Assembly (NCBI GenBank): GCA_951406725.2
Contig: OX597817.1
Location: 54,064,001 to 54,128,000, forward strand
Length of the DNA: 64,000 nucleotides
Origin: Octopus vulgaris
Lineage: Eukaryota
Reading direction: 5' to 3'
Part shown: positions 40,511 to 55,474 of the stretch, in pieces
How the letters are laid out: each line of letters opens with the position of its first letter
How positions within the stretch are numbered: position 1 is the first letter of the stretch
Position numbers and translations under genes: made by a program
Notes under the pieces: generated by a model
What the model was told of the DNA's origin: nothing
The model's database searches: none
Seen by the model: only the letters and a program-made list of their open reading frames with translations

Positions 40511-40890
40511 AAAAAGAAAAGAAAATGATATACATATATACCATACATACACACACACATATACCACACACACGCGCATACACACATACACAACTACACA
40601 CGCTGGCCGCATCTGGGCGATTTTTTCTACATTTTTGAACATGGTACGTCCATGGGAGATGTTATCTCTGAATGAATCTGCAATAACTGGTATATATAAC
40701 TGGTATATACCAACGGTATATATACATTAACTATGATAAATGAATATATGTATACATCTGTACATGGATATAACTAAATAAGTATAAATACACACACATA
40801 CACGCACACAGAGAAACACACATACACATATACATATATGTATGCATGTATATGTGTATATACGACTATATATATATATATATATATATA

Positions 40891-41060
40891 TAGTTAATCC
40901 AAACATGAAAACACAAAGAGAAAACACAACAACGCGAGGACGTGGAAAGGAAAGAAAGAAAGGAGGATTTAACGTTTCGAGCGGAGTTCTTCGTCAGAAA
41001 CATAGAAAAAAGAAAGGTCCATGGAAGGAAAGACGGAGAAAGAAAAAGGTGGAAGTAGAA
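40891..41060 (-). mobile_element. pLTR-like family C inverted copy with hammerhead motif at 40967-41001
   Basis: GTTT CTGACGA A GAAC TCC GCTC GAAA CG TT AAAT. Confidence 0.75.
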
Positions 41061-41174
41061 GAAAGGTAAAAAGAGGACGAGAAAAAGTGGAAGAGTTACG
41101 GACAAATTTTTTTATGATTTCCAATTCACGATATATATATATATAAACACTCGTATATGCAAATATACATCATG

Positions 41175-41252
<78 letters not shown>

Positions 41253-41260
41253 GACAGACA

Positions 41261-41330
<70 letters not shown>

Positions 41331-41335
<5 letters not shown>

Positions 41336-41563
41336 TTGGCCAAAAGTCACCCGGCAGTAAATCAAAGCCATTTAATTCCAAGATTTATTTATGTTTAACG
41401 ACTGAATGAATTTAATAAAAGCATCTAAATATGAAACATCATGGAAATTGTTCAAACTGAAGTCCTTCTTGAGCGACACATATTCCCATTCGAGTCAATA
41501 CAGAATTACAAATAGTATTTATAGAATTTTGATTTACTGTAGAGCGACTTTTGGCCAACTCTG
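41331..41563 (-). mobile_element. Deleted Tc1/mariner element (MITE-sized)
   Basis: TIRs caggtttggccaaaagtcac..cagtaaatcaaa / tttgatttactg..cgacttttggccaactctg|TA; residual C-terminus [16 protein letters not shown]. Confidence 0.8.
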
Positions 41564-41571
41564 TATATATA

Positions 41572-41640
<69 letters not shown>

Positions 41641-41648
41641 TATGTTAT

Positions 41649-41702
<54 letters not shown>

Positions 41703-41703
41703 G

Positions 41704-41767
<64 letters not shown>

Positions 41768-42369
41768 TACATACACACACATAAACACACACACATCTGT
41801 ATGTATATATATTTACATATATATATATCTTCGTTGACCTCCCTTTCAAAAATCTTTAGATTCTCAGATGGACATGTCTTTCGTATTTCTAAAGTTTTCC
41901 CAAACTTCCTCACAGCTACCAAAATTCTGTGAAAATTACGTCATTCGCTAACCTTTCCACCATTGCAATTCGTCCATCTTCCCCTCTCTCTCTCTCTCTC
42001 CATTTATACTTCATCTCAGCTCATCTTCCTCTTTCTTGACCACCGCAAATCTCCCACAATGCCACTGCAAACAGCCTCACCTCCTCCCCACTTCTTCTAC
42101 TCTCACTCCATCACATTCTCTCTGCTCCTTCCTTCTTTCTCTTCTTCTCCTCTCATTGTTTAACGCCATTTTTCTCCTGCGTTCAGTCTGAACAGTTTGG
42201 AGCTGCTTTCTTGACTTCAACATTAGAGAGCTGAGACCGGAGAAAGAGGAGGGGGAGGAGGTGGGGAGTGGACGTGAGAAATGTCAGTGGTCAGTGTGTG
42301 GTGGTGGTGGTGGGGAATGTATCAAGGGAGAAGGAAGCGGTGGAGAAACTGGTGGTGGTGGTGGTGGTG

Positions 42370-42411
42370 GCGATGAATAAGGGAGGTCAATCTTACGAAA
42401 CCGGTCAAAGG
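42370..42411 (+). ncRNA. Degenerate hammerhead-like motif with the 5' stem lost
   Basis: GCGATGA ATAAGG-gaggtcaa-TCTTAC GAAA CCGG TC AAAGG. Confidence 0.45.
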
Positions 42412-42472
42412 GCGTGAGGTCAGGGAAGATCAACGACATCCACCGCTCTATCTTACGTTGCTTCTGTCAGCC

Positions 42473-42522
<50 letters not shown>

Positions 42523-43201
42523 ACACACACACACATACGCTTACACATTCACTTACAAATACACGCACACACACAGACCCCGTACGTGCACATCCATTGC
42601 ATATACACAAACAGACGCGTACACATGCATCCACATACATGTATGCACACAGACATACACATATATAATCTACTTACACAGAGACACACACACATATACC
42701 CTACACATTCACATACACATTCGTACACATACATAAACAAGTATTTACACACGCGCAAATACATATGCACTTACACATTCCTGTCACACATACGCACGCA
42801 CGTGCTTACATTCACAAACGGGCACACACACACGGAAACACTCTGTCACGCACACACACACGGAACCACTCTGTCACGCACACACACACATACACACACA
42901 CACACACATACACACACACTTCGCACATTCGCACACTGACGCACACACACACATATCTTGTTCTTTAGGAATTTTTCTTTAAGATCTTCACTTTCTTCTA
43001 ACCACCACCACCACCACCACCACCACCACCACCACCACCACCACCACCATCACCACCACCACCACCACCACCACCACCACCACTACTACTACAACCACCA
43101 CCACCACCACCACCATCACCACCACTACTACTACTACCACCACCACCACCACCACCACCACCTTACGTGAGCCGATTGCCCTAACCAGTAAGCCCCACAC
43201 C

Positions 43202-43244
<43 letters not shown>

Positions 43245-43574
43245 ACACACACGCGCGCGCACATATCTGGTTAGTAAAAATATAGAACACGAAAATAATG
43301 AGGATGAATAATTAAGTTAATGGCGATCATTCTGGTAAAGGTGTAAACATACTGCTAAAGATGGCAAACGCACGAGACTCGGAGTCACAGGCATCGTTTG
43401 TTTGTATGATCCCCATTAACTTTATATAGGTACATATCTATATATATAAATTTAAAGAAAACAGAAAATGGAGAAATATTGATGAACAACAATTAGCTTA
43501 CATCAATTATTATTTATCTATTCAATACAAATAGACTGCATCCCTTCTAACAGCTGTTTCTGCTTCCAATGTTG

Positions 43575-43902
43575 TACTTATCATATTTGTAAGCCTGGTA
43601 CTTATTCTATCGATATCTTTTGCCGAACCGCTAAGTTACGGGGACGTAAACACACCAGCATCAGTTGTCAAGCGATGTTGGGGAGGCAAAGACAGACAGA
43701 CCGGCACACAGACAGATAGACAGACAGACACACACACACACACATATATATACAATGGGTTTCTTTCAGTTTTCGTCTACTAACACCACTCGCAAGATTT
43801 TGGTCAGCTCAAGTAAAAGACATTTGCCCAAGGTGCCACGCAGTGGGACTGAACCCGAAGCCATGTGGTTGGCAAGCAAACTACTTACCATGCAGCCATT
43901 CC

Positions 43903-43905
<3 letters not shown>
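43575..43905 (-). mobile_element. SINE family 2 copy
   Basis: Reverse complement of the 47472-47917 family. Confidence 0.85.
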
Positions 43906-43955
<50 letters not shown>

Positions 43956-43990
43956 ATATATGTTATATATAATATATGTATATATGTATG

Positions 43991-44033
<43 letters not shown>

Positions 44034-44217
44034 GTATGTATATATATTTATATGTATATTTACATACATACATACACATACACACATATAAATACATATG
44101 CATTCGTTCATATACGTATACACCTATAAACACACACTTACACGCTCACACACAAACATATGTATCTCTATCAATCTATCAATCCATACATAAAGACATA
44201 CATACACACATGAATAC

Positions 44218-44297
<80 letters not shown>

Positions 44298-44454
44298 TTC
44301 TGTGTGTCTGTATTACTTCGGCTGGTTCGCCAGCCTATTACTCAGACTGGCCTAAATAAACTACAGCAATCGCTGTTTGCATTGTGTACTTCATCTCCGG
44401 ATCATTACCACGACCTGCACCACCAGAACTACAACACACACACAAACACACACA

Positions 44455-44511
<57 letters not shown>

Positions 44512-45239
44512 TCACACTCACACTCACACTCACACACAGTTTGTATTGGCTGTCATACACGAAAAATTTCTGAATCTATTGAATTTCCTCAAAAGTTAGA
44601 CAGTTAAAGCAAAAACGTAGCCGAGTGGAAAGTGTTGGCAGCAATGAATAAAGTGGGAAGATAGTTTTAAAGCATTAAACTTTGTTTCAGGGTTGAATTA
44701 ACTAGCTGATGTTTGTTTCTAAGGTGAAGACCAACTATAGACACAGTGTTTTGGTCTCGATTTGGCCTCGTTAATCATAGTATTTGCACAAAGGACAGTC
44801 TGTCTTCTTATGAATGCTAATTCAACCTTGAAATTATTCTTAATCTAAGTGATCTCCCTCATTTTTTTTTTACTCAGAATTGCTAACACTTGCAGCTAAG
44901 GCTTTGACTTCTCCATCCTTGAAGTTATTTTGAATATTTAATGTGAATCGAACTCAATACACCCCACTTCACTCTGTCCAGATTCATACCACTGGTGCCT
45001 TTGAGTTATTTTTTATCGGTTCTTTTTGCTTTAATTATACAAATTACTCTTGGAGAAGAAAGTGCGAAACTAGTATTGTATTTGTTAAATTGTCTAAAAA
45101 CTGACTGGATGTAAGACAAGACAATACTACTCTGATGAGATCAGAGTAGTATTGTCTGGACTACAGTGTTTATAACTGATCTTCGCTCCAAGAACCAAAT
45201 TTAGATTATCCATATTTCTAAGTATGCTAATTTAATTTT

Positions 45240-45544
45240 TGATGGTTTGTTGCCAACTTAATGTGGCAGTCCCAGGAAAGGGAAGAATGCTACTGTTATT
45301 TAGCCCCAGGAAACATCGTTTCTAGATGGCAACATTCTGTGTCCTTAAGTTTTTAAACAAAGGAAACTAGTCTCTGGATGCTGGCTTTGCTGGAAGGATG
45401 TGCTTATCTCACCTGTTTGAAAATTTAAGGACACAGAACGCTTGTTCCACGTAGCCAACTAGAAACGGTGTTTCTCGAGGCTAAATAGCAATAGCATTCT
45501 TCCCTTTCCTGAGACTTCCACATTAATTTGGCAACAAACCATCA
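45240..45544. mobile_element. Palindromic MITE with ~120-bp TIRs
   Basis: tgatggtttgttgccaa..gaaagggaagaatgcta..ttctgtgtcctta / taaggacacagaa..tagcattcttccctttcc..ttggcaacaaaccatca; TTAA on the right side. Confidence 0.85.
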
Positions 45545-46065
45545 CTTAATCAATCTGCTACTGTATAACTCTCTCTGAGAGATTTAGAAATGCAATATTT
45601 CTAATAATTTACTTTTAATTTATTGAAATTATTCTCTCTTGATATCTTGCTTAGGCAAGTGCCTTCAACCATAACCTCGCATCAATCCGAACCATCTAAG
45701 CGAAAGTGAATTGACGGAAACTGTGTGGAAGCTCGTATTTTATAAGTCCGGCCTTCTCACACTCTGTCACGGTGATTCTGTCTGAGAATTGCATTAAAAA
45801 CAGGTGCCTATGGAATACTTTTCCACATACACTATAATTGAATAAGTTGCTAGTTCAGTTGATCAAACAACTGAACGCTCATCGTTAATAACGACGAAAA
45901 TCCATTTACTTACTCTTTTCAACAGTTCTCAGACTTATGTCGTTATTTACAGTTTTCTTCTTTCAATGGCTAGACACAGATTGCTACCTTTGTTACATTC
46001 TGTTTCTCAATGTTTCTGAAGGAAGCGGTGTGCTTGTAAAATCTATTTTTGAAAGGCTTTGCTCT

Positions 46066-46400
46066 CATACTACTCTTTAACTCTTTTACTTATTTCAGTC
46101 ATATGACTACGGTCATGCTGGAGTACCACCTTGGAGGATTTTAGTCGAACAAATCGACCCCAGGACTTATTCTTTGTAAGCTTAGTAATTATTCTATCGG
46201 TCTGTTTTGCCAAACCGCTAAGTTACGGAGACGTAAAACACCAGCATCGGTTGTCAAGCGATGGTAGTGGGGACACACACACAAATACATACATATATAC
46301 ATATAGTAGAAGGCAGTTGCCCAAGGTGCCACGCAGTGGGACTGAACTCGGAACCATAGGATTGGGAAGCAAGCTTCTTACCACACAGTCACGCACGCGC
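46066..46400 (-). mobile_element. SINE family 2 copy (internally deleted)
   Basis: Tail and tRNA head of family 2 on the minus strand. Confidence 0.85.
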
Positions 46401-46418
46401 CAATATATTTATGTGTCC

Positions 46419-46454
46419 CTTTCTGTAGAAGAGCGTAGGCTCGAAACGTAAAAG
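46419..46454 (+). ncRNA. Family A minimal hammerhead (A6U core)
   Basis: CTTT CTGTAGA A GAGC GTAG GCTC GAAA CG TA AAAG. Confidence 0.65.
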
Positions 46455-46619
46455 ACTTTTTCTATTCCTGAGCGTAATACTAAAACACCTGTTTGTTTTG
46501 TACACCACCTGTCTTTCATAAACTCTCCCTATATGTATGTATATATATATAGGTGTATATATACATGCATATATATATGTATGTATGTATGTATATATAT
46601 ATATATATATTTATTATAT

Positions 46620-46909
46620 AGAAGGAGTTTCAGGACTAGAACTGTTCATTCAAAATCTTCAGGAAGCTAGTTAACAAGAATTGTATTGGCATTTATACAT
46701 TTAGGCAGGTTTAGGGTTGGTGGGATTTTGGGGGTAGGATAGGCAAAATATGCTTGCCTCCCCAAAAGTCCCCCACCAACACCCCTTTAAATAAATGCCA
46801 ATACAATTCTTGTTAACTATATGAGATATAGTCCTGTAAATATAATAAATACTCTGCTATGTATTGAGTACCTTATTTACTGTGGTTAACCCCGAATCAA
46901 CCCGGGACC

Positions 46910-46910
<1 letters not shown>
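46620..46910. mobile_element. Divergent inverted pLTR-like pair in (TA)n with a partial hammerhead core
   Basis: tagttaacaagaattgtattggcatttat / ataaatgccaatacaattcttgttaacta; CTTC CTGAAGA on the left arm, minus strand. Confidence 0.6.
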
Positions 46911-46965
<55 letters not shown>

Positions 46966-47471
46966 CCTCTTTCAGATTCCGTCTACCAAATCCACTCATA
47001 AGGCTATGGTAGAAGACACTTGCCCGAGGTGCCGGGCAGTGGGACTGAACCCGGAACCATATAGTTAGGAAGCAAGCTTCTTAAGTACACAGCCACACCT
47101 GCGCCTGATGGTAGTGATACTGTTCATATCTACTGATTTCATCCCTACCTCATTTACAGAATCGACTGAGCTGGCATGTAGGATTGTCCTTATAGAAACA
47201 GCCGATCTCCATTGGTTGGGTGGGTCTATGTGCTATGATTTGTTGTATGCTAGCGGTATAGTTAAAAGAAATTGTTAGAATGTACCTCATGCAAATTTCC
47301 ATATGTCTGACTAAACAAACGTGGTAGGGCCTATTATTAACTGCTGCACCCTTCTCATAATCAAGTCGGAATATGATTAGTCATCGAAATTCCATTGGAT
47401 ACTGAACATTCATATTCATCTCTTCACTTGCCATCCGAAGAACATGCGAAATATTTATATATTAACATAAG

Positions 47472-47637
47472 AGGCGCAGGAGTGGCTGTGTGGCAAGTAG
47501 CTTGCTTACCAACCACATGGTTCTGAGTTTAGTCACACTGCGTGACACCTTGGGCAAGTGTCTTCTACTATAGCCTCGGGCCGACCAAAGCCTTGTGAGT
47601 GGATTTAGTAGACGGAATCTGAAAGAATCCCTTCGTA

Positions 47638-47706
<69 letters not shown>

Positions 47707-47917
47707 ATACGTTTGTGTGTCTGTGTTTGTCCCCCCAACATCCCTTGACAACCGATGCTGGTGTGTTACATCCCCGTAACTTAGCGGTTCGGCAAAAGAA
47801 GTCGGTAGAATAAGCATTAGGCTTACAAAGATAAGTCCTGGGGTAGATTTGCTCGACTAACGGCAGTACTCCAGCAGGGCCACTTTCAAATGACTGAAAC
47901 AAGTAAAAGAGTAAAAG
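47472..47917 (+). mobile_element. Full-length tRNA-derived SINE family 2 with internal TA/TG microsatellite
   Basis: aggcgcaggagtggctgtgtgg.. head, central ccttgggcaagtgtcttctactatagcc, tail ccagca..gactgaaacaagtaaaagag. Further copies or fragments at ~6240, 46963, 52655, 60095, 60863 and 63024. Confidence 0.9.
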
Positions 47918-50252
47918 TTATAAAAATTATCCTTATATTTATGTTTTTAAAAATATCATATGTGTAAAACACACGAATGCAAGCTTTGTAGCTTTGATGA
48001 ATAACTGAATGTTGCTTTTTCTTTATATGTTCATCTTTAATGGTGTTGCAAATCCGTTAGGAAATAAAATATTTCAGAGAAATGGAAATTTGTCTCTAAA
48101 TATCTATGGTAGCATCCTCAACAATTCCTTGTTTCCGATATTTCTATAAATCTCCAATAGACGACGATGGTCACTCGGTACACCATGGCAGTAAAACTTT
48201 TAGCCAGTTGGCGTTGATTATGTTCAAGTGTCATGATGATGATGATGATGGTGATGACTACAAGTGGAAGCAGCATCACCTGCACCGCCACCGCCACCAC
48301 TATCATCATCGCAGCCGCCGCCGACACCGCCACCACCACCACCTCTCGCTTTTTCTCTCTTCCTCTCTCTCTCTTTCTTTCTGTATGTACACATATTGTC
48401 ATACATTCACCCATCCACATCTGGAATAAAAGGTTAACAATAACGCTAATGGTAAGAAATAATTGGCACCTGCAATTTTATTTTGTTACCTAAAGCAAAA
48501 TAATATCGCAGTTATTATATGTGTGTGTGTGTGTGTATATGTATGTGCGTTTGTGTGTATGCGTTTGTGTGTATGTGTATGTGCATCTATGCATGTGTGT
48601 GCTTGTGTGTTTATGTATGTGTGTGTTTGTATATGTATGAGTTTGTGCGTTTCAGTGTGTATGGGTGTGTGTGGATGTATGTATGTGTGTGTTTGTGTGT
48701 GTGTGTCTGTGTGTGCACTTGAGTGTGTATGTGTGTGTATGCATATATGTATGTGTGTGTTTGTGTGTGTGTGCATGTGTGTGTTTGTGTGTGTAATGTA
48801 TGTGTGCATTTTGTGTGTGTGTGTATGAGTTTGTGTGCGTGTGTGTGTGTGTATGGGTGTGTTGAGTACAAGTTGTTGTACTATAGTTGTGTGATATGGT
48901 GGTGAAGGTCGTAAGATCGAATTCTACCATGGCAATCGATAAAATTTTGTAGTTGAAACGTCGTCCTTCTCGTTTTGTGTTTGACTCTTATACAGATTCA
49001 ATGTTGTCCTTCACGTGACCAGATATATCACCCGGGAGAGAAAGCCACAACAGTAGACCTTTTCCTCGAGGGTATTTGAATTCAGAATGTAAAGAATCGA
49101 AACAAATACTGCACAACATCTTTTTCTGTTGCTCTACAGATTCTGCCAGCTCGCCACCTTCCTTAATAATAATGGTTTCGAATATCGCCACAAAACTAGC
49201 AATTTCATGGGGAGTTGGTAGTAGGAAGGTTATATCCCAAGCAATAGTGAGGGAACTGGAAACTGCTATTTCGGTAGGGTATAAACGAAGGTTTCTAAGC
49301 CATTTCTGCGTCCAATTGTTCATGTCCAAGAAAAAAGTGAAATGCTACAGTATTGTTCAGCTATGAACGGACCTTCAACGAATACACTACGCTCTGTATA
49401 AGTTCAGCAAGACATATCTTTATCTCGGTTTTGGATTTGGTTTGCAAGATTCTTTATTTGAGTTGGTGTGTTGAAGCAAATTCTGTTGTGTCTGGGGAGA
49501 GTCATTCTCTTTTAGTGCCTTATCATTTAACACACTCACCGGTAAAATTTCCACTTACTTCTTATTTTTATTTTCTTAAAATTTTCGTTGTATCTTGCAA
49601 TCTTTTCAATAGTCTTGACTACCACCACCACCACCGCAACCCGCGCTACCACCACCACGACAGCAACAACAACTACTACTACCACCATCACCACCACCAC
49701 TACTACTACCACCACAACCACCATAACCACCACTACTACTACCACCACCGCAACCACCGCTACTACCACCAACACAACTACCACCATCACCACCATCACT
49801 ACTACCACCACAACCACTACTATTACTACCACCACCACAACCACTGCTACTACCACCATCTCAACCACCACCATTACCGTCAAGATAACGATGAGTTCGC
49901 TACGTGTCCTCTCGCCCTGCTAAAAAAAGCAGATAAATTATCCCCCCAATCATAGCCTATGAACATAGACAAGAGCGTGGTGGATTATGTAATCATGGTT
50001 TCCTGGGTATCCTGCATCTAGAAATTAATGGTGTTGGTCACGGCACGGCTGGAATGCCTTCGATTCCAAGTCTGCTCGAATCAGGTCAACCTATGGCTTA
50101 ATAGCAACAACAACAACACCAACAGCAAGAACAACACTTGAGCAACCACTGTAATCCACGCCAGTACCAAAATTAATACCGCAGCCACCACGTCTACCGC
50201 AATCCCCACCACAACACTACTACTACAACTACCACTCCGAACCACAACCATC

Positions 50253-50305
<53 letters not shown>

Positions 50306-50761
50306 CAATCCCACCACCACCATCATCACCACGACCACCACAGACACTACAACCACTACTACTACTACCATCACCACGACCACCATCACTACAACCACCA
50401 CCACCACCACCATCACCACCACAATCACCACTACCACCACGACCATTATCACCACCACCGCCACCGCCACCAGCATCATCATCATGATCAGCACAACCAC
50501 CACCACCACCACCACCACCACCACTACCACTACCACCACCAGCACCACCAGCACCACCACCAGCACCACCAGCACCACCACCACCAGAATTTCTCACCAT
50601 TCTAACCATTCTAATATATTTCTTTAGTTCCATTTTCCAATAAAAGACTGGCCATTGGCTTCTCTCATTGTTGCTGTTGTTGCTGCAGTTGTTGTTGCTT
50701 CTGCTGTTGCTTCCGTTGTCTTCACCGTCCTCGGTATTGTTGTTATTTACATTGTCACTGC

Positions 50762-50828
<67 letters not shown>

Positions 50829-51508
50829 ATTATTACTATTATCATTATTATTATTATTATTATTGTTGTTGTTGTTGTTGTTGTTAATGCCGTTGTTGCT
50901 ATTTCTCTCCTTTTCAATCGAAAGAATTTCCTCCGATTCTTAAAAGGTTTTCTAAAGATTTCTCCTGCAGTTTTCGCGCCTCTCCACCCTCGACCCTCCA
51001 CCATTACTCACCCCTTCCCAATTCTCTACCACTCCAACCGACCCCCCCACCATAGCTCTTCATTCTTCCTTTTCCTTCCTTTGCTCCGTCCTATTACATT
51101 TCCTCCTCCTCCTCCTCCTCCCCCTCCCCCCCCCCTCCCCCTCTACCCACTGCCCCTCCAACGCTGCCAGTCATGTCCATTAAAAATGTCTGCATTGTTA
51201 ATTATGTGAGTTCAAATCGCCAATTCTGACCTCGAATTTCCATTTCATCACAGCTTTTATATAAGTCTGTCTGTGTGTCTCACTGTTTGTATGTCTGTTT
51301 GTCTGTATGTCTGTCTTTCTGTCTTGGTGTGTATCTCTGTACTGTTTACCTTTATGTATCTATCTATCAACACACACAGAGACACACATATATATATATA
51401 TACACATGTACATGTACATACGTACACACACACATATATGTATATATATATATATATATATATGTTTTATATATATATATATATATGTTTTATATATATA
51501 TATATATG

Positions 51509-51576
<68 letters not shown>

Positions 51577-51580
51577 TTAT

Positions 51581-51743
51581 AGGCGCAGGTGTGGCTGTGT
51601 GGTGAGATGTTTGCTTCTCAATCGCATGGTTCGCGGTTCAGTCCCAATGCGTGATACTTTGGGCAAGTGTCTTCTACTATAGCCTCGAGCCGACAAAGCC
51701 TTGCGAGTGGATTTGGTAGACGGAAACTGAAAGAAGCCCTTCG

Positions 51744-51788
<45 letters not shown>

Positions 51789-52033
51789 TTATATATATAT
51801 GTGTGTGTGTGTGTGTGTGAGTGTGTCTTTGTGTATGTCTCCTCCCCTACCTCTTGACAGCTGGTGCTGGTGTATTCACATGCTGGTAACATAGCAATTC
51901 GGCAAAAGACACCGATAGCATAAAGCCACTCCTTTAAAATATAAGTACCGGGGTCGATACATTCGTCTAAAACTTTCCAAAGTGGTACCCCAGCATGGCC
52001 GCAGTCTAATGTCAAACATGTAAAAGGTAAAAG
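51581..52033 (+). mobile_element. Full-length SINE family 2 copy
   Basis: Colinear with 47472-47917. Confidence 0.88.
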
Positions 52034-52036
52034 TTC

Positions 52037-52069
<33 letters not shown>

Positions 52070-52158
52070 TTATGTATATATATAGGAAAATGTGTTGTTG
52101 AAAATCCACTTAAATTTCAAAAGCTCGTAAATGTTTAAAATACATTTAATTACATATA

Positions 52159-52201
52159 TACCAAACTAGTTTCAACAATATTTTTTTGTTTATCAATGGT
52201 A
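52159..52201 (-). ncRNA. Hammerhead-like motif with U3-A8 core
   Basis: TACCA TTGATAA ACAA-aaaaata-TTGT T GAAA CTAG TT TGGTA. Confidence 0.55.
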
Positions 52202-53529
52202 AAAGTGTAAAATTAGAAAAACATCGTTATAAGTTTCAATGTTGACAAATCAAAATGTTTCAATGTTGACAAACTAAAATACTTCAATGTTGATAAATGA
52301 TCATGTTCAAAACAGAAGGTGTAAGTTTGAAATTAAAACTGTATATTAATTTGTTATACACACAAACACACGCACACACAAACACACATACACAAACAAA
52401 CACATACATACGCACAACAAATTCACGCACAAATACGCACATACACAAGAACACACACACACGCACAGAAACATACACGCACAGACACACACACGCGCAC
52501 AGACGCACACACAAACACACACGCACACACACACAGAGACAGACACACACACGCACCGAGACACACACGCACATGCACACACACACACACAGACACACAC
52601 ACACATACGCACAGACACACACAGACACACACACACAGACGCACCACCCCACACGATGGGCTTCTTTCAGTTTCCGCCTACCAAATCCATTCACAAGCCT
52701 TTGGTCGCCTCGAAGCTATAGTAAAAGACACTTCCCCAAGGTGCCATGCAGTGGGATTCAACCTGCAACTACGAGGTTGAGAAGCAAGCTTCTTACCACG
52801 CAGCCACGCCTGTATTGTGTACATGTATTGTTAATTCATATACAAAGTATACTCAATACTAATTAGATTCCGGGTTCAGTCCCACTGCGTGGCACCTTGG
52901 TAAATGCCTTCTATGTATGTGTGAACGCAAGTATGCTTCGAACTGTAGAAGTTCACTTCGTAATCTCTGAAACCGCAAGTTCGATGTTATTGCAAACTTT
53001 AAAAAATGTCCTGGGGTTTGGTGGTGGTCAATTCATTCAATTTAAAATTCCTCAAGCTGGTGCTTCAGTATGGCCACAGTCTTATGACTGAAACAAATAA
53101 AAGCTAAAAGTCATATCTTTTAACTCATCTCAGGAAGCAGCCACTCTTTTTTTAGGGAAGCTGGTTGACACAAAGGTTTTGGTAACCTGGCGAGAGGATA
53201 ATTTCTGGAATTCAAATGTCATGGTTAGGATCGAAACTTTATTACAGGTTTCTACAGAATAGTCATCCATTTATATGTTAATTTAGTGAATAAGGAGAAC
53301 AACTAAGTGACCATCTTCGGACACTCAAGGTAAGTTATTTCTGCCATTTGTTTAAAAGGTGGTCTTTATTTTAAATCTGGCAAACTCCAGCATTAGAACC
53401 TCAATACTAAACAGGACGGTTGGTTGATGAGAAATGCAAGGTTGAAGGGAAATCTGCTTAATTTTTTAATCATAACTGATCCATATGAAGCACTGTTTCC
53501 TTTTGTTAAACCTAGAGCTAGCACTTTCA

Positions 53530-53810
53530 GGATTTATGTGAGGTTCGGAAGGGTGCCAGACAAATGTCTATCATTTGCTCTGCAAGTTTGAAATAGAAGC
53601 AACATAGTGAGATGGGTCGATAGAAGCCGACTAGTCTGCTGGCATTCCCTTTTCGTTTTAGTATCGATAAAATTTTGGCATGTTTCCAGGTTCTAGATAA
53701 TTTCCATTCGTCTATAATGTTCCTTAGGGCGTTGGTAAGCCAGGTTACGGTCATGTCTCCTAGATGTGTCATAATTTCCGGATAGATTCCGTTGGTTTCT
53801 GTGGTTTCGC
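53530..53810 (-). pseudogene. LINE reverse transcriptase N-terminal fragment (I-group-like)
   Basis: GIYPEIMTHLG..WLTN..WKHAKILSILK..YRPISLCCFYFKLAEQMI..LAP. Confidence 0.75.
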
Positions 53811-54305
53811 TAGTGAAAAATATTTCATTGTAGCTCGTGGTTTCCTATGGGTGTTGCTGTATGACCTTCCATCCGTGGGTAGACTTTATACAGGTGTTGA
53901 TACCCAAGCTTCGCAGATCTTTTAAATTTGAGATGGTGTGTGGATCATTGTTTCGTTGTTGTCTACATCAGTAAAGAGAGTCGCCACGACTGCTGATGCA
54001 AACAGAGGAACCATTGAATTGTGGGTAATTCAGGTTTAGTTTTCTGAGCGATAGTCACATGTGTCTGCCAAACACACCAAAGTCTATACTTTCTGTCTTC
54101 TCGATCTATTTTTTTATTCCTACCTTCTTGGAAAGCGTTCGGTACCAGGCTTCAAAAAAAAAATTACTGCGGTCAATTCATACGACCAAAAAAATCCTTC
54201 GAGGAGGTGCTCCAGCATGACCGCTGTCTTATGGCTGAAACAAGTAAAATGAAATAAGACGAAATAAAATATATGAATTCATACATAAACGGAGTGGATA
54301 TATAT

Positions 54306-54649
54306 TGTGGCACACCATCGATTGCGACGACGCGGGTTCCAGTTGATCCGATCAACAGAACAGCCTGCTCGTGAAATTAACGTGCAAGTGGCTGAGCACT
54401 CCACAGACACCTGTACCCTTAACGTAGTTCTCAGGGAGATTCAGCGTGATACAGTGTGTCAAGGAAGAAAGAGTGAGAGAAAGCTGTAGTGAAAGAGCAC
54501 AGCAGGGTTCGCCACCACCCCCTGCCGGATCCTCTTGGAGCTTTAGGTGTTTTCGACCAATAAACAGTCGTAACGCCCGGTCTAGGAATCGAAACCGCGA
54601 TCCTATGACTGCGAATCCGCTGTCCTAACAACTGGACCGTTGTGCCTCA
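54306..54649 (-). mobile_element. tRNA-derived SINE family 3
   Basis: Head tgaggcacaacggtccagttgttagg..cgcggtttcgattcc (B box). Decayed relatives at ~33810, 45650 and 62780. Confidence 0.75.
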
Positions 54650-54655
54650 TATATA

Positions 54656-54716
<61 letters not shown>

Positions 54717-55388
54717 CATATATATATGTATATATGTATATACGCAAATATGTAGGTATATATGTAAATACGTATGTATGTATTTATCGCTGCTATTATG
54801 CAATACGTTGCTTTTTCAGAAAATGAAAAAAATAGTTCCACCATTCCATAGCAAAACGGTTGTACTACATTTTGACAATTCTTGGTAACTTGGCATCTGA
54901 AGCAGCTGGAGATACGATAGTTTGACCAAAACTATCGGCTATTGCAAGCGAAAATAAATATTGAAAAAAATAAAACGCATTTGGCCAAATTTGGACATAC
55001 TACAGTTTAACATAATATCAACGATATGTATGTAAACACACGCATACAAAGAGTAACGGTTAGGTATGTTTGTGTTTTTGCTACTTTTACTTTCGTTGTC
55101 TCTAATAAGCAGTGGTCATGGAGTGGCGGGGAAGAAAGAGAGAGAAAGAAAGGAAGAGACAGAGAGAGAAAGAGGGTGGAAGGAGAAGAGTTAAAGACAA
55201 AAAGGTGATATTCAATATACATATGTACACGCACAAAGATTCACACACCCACACACTCATTCACACACATGCACACATACTTATATACGTATGTCGATAT
55301 GTTGAGACACACATACACATTGGTATTTATACTAATACATTAATGCATACAAGTGTGTGAATGTGTATGAAAGTGTGTCCATATACAT

Positions 55389-55469
<81 letters not shown>

Positions 55470-55474
<5 letters not shown>

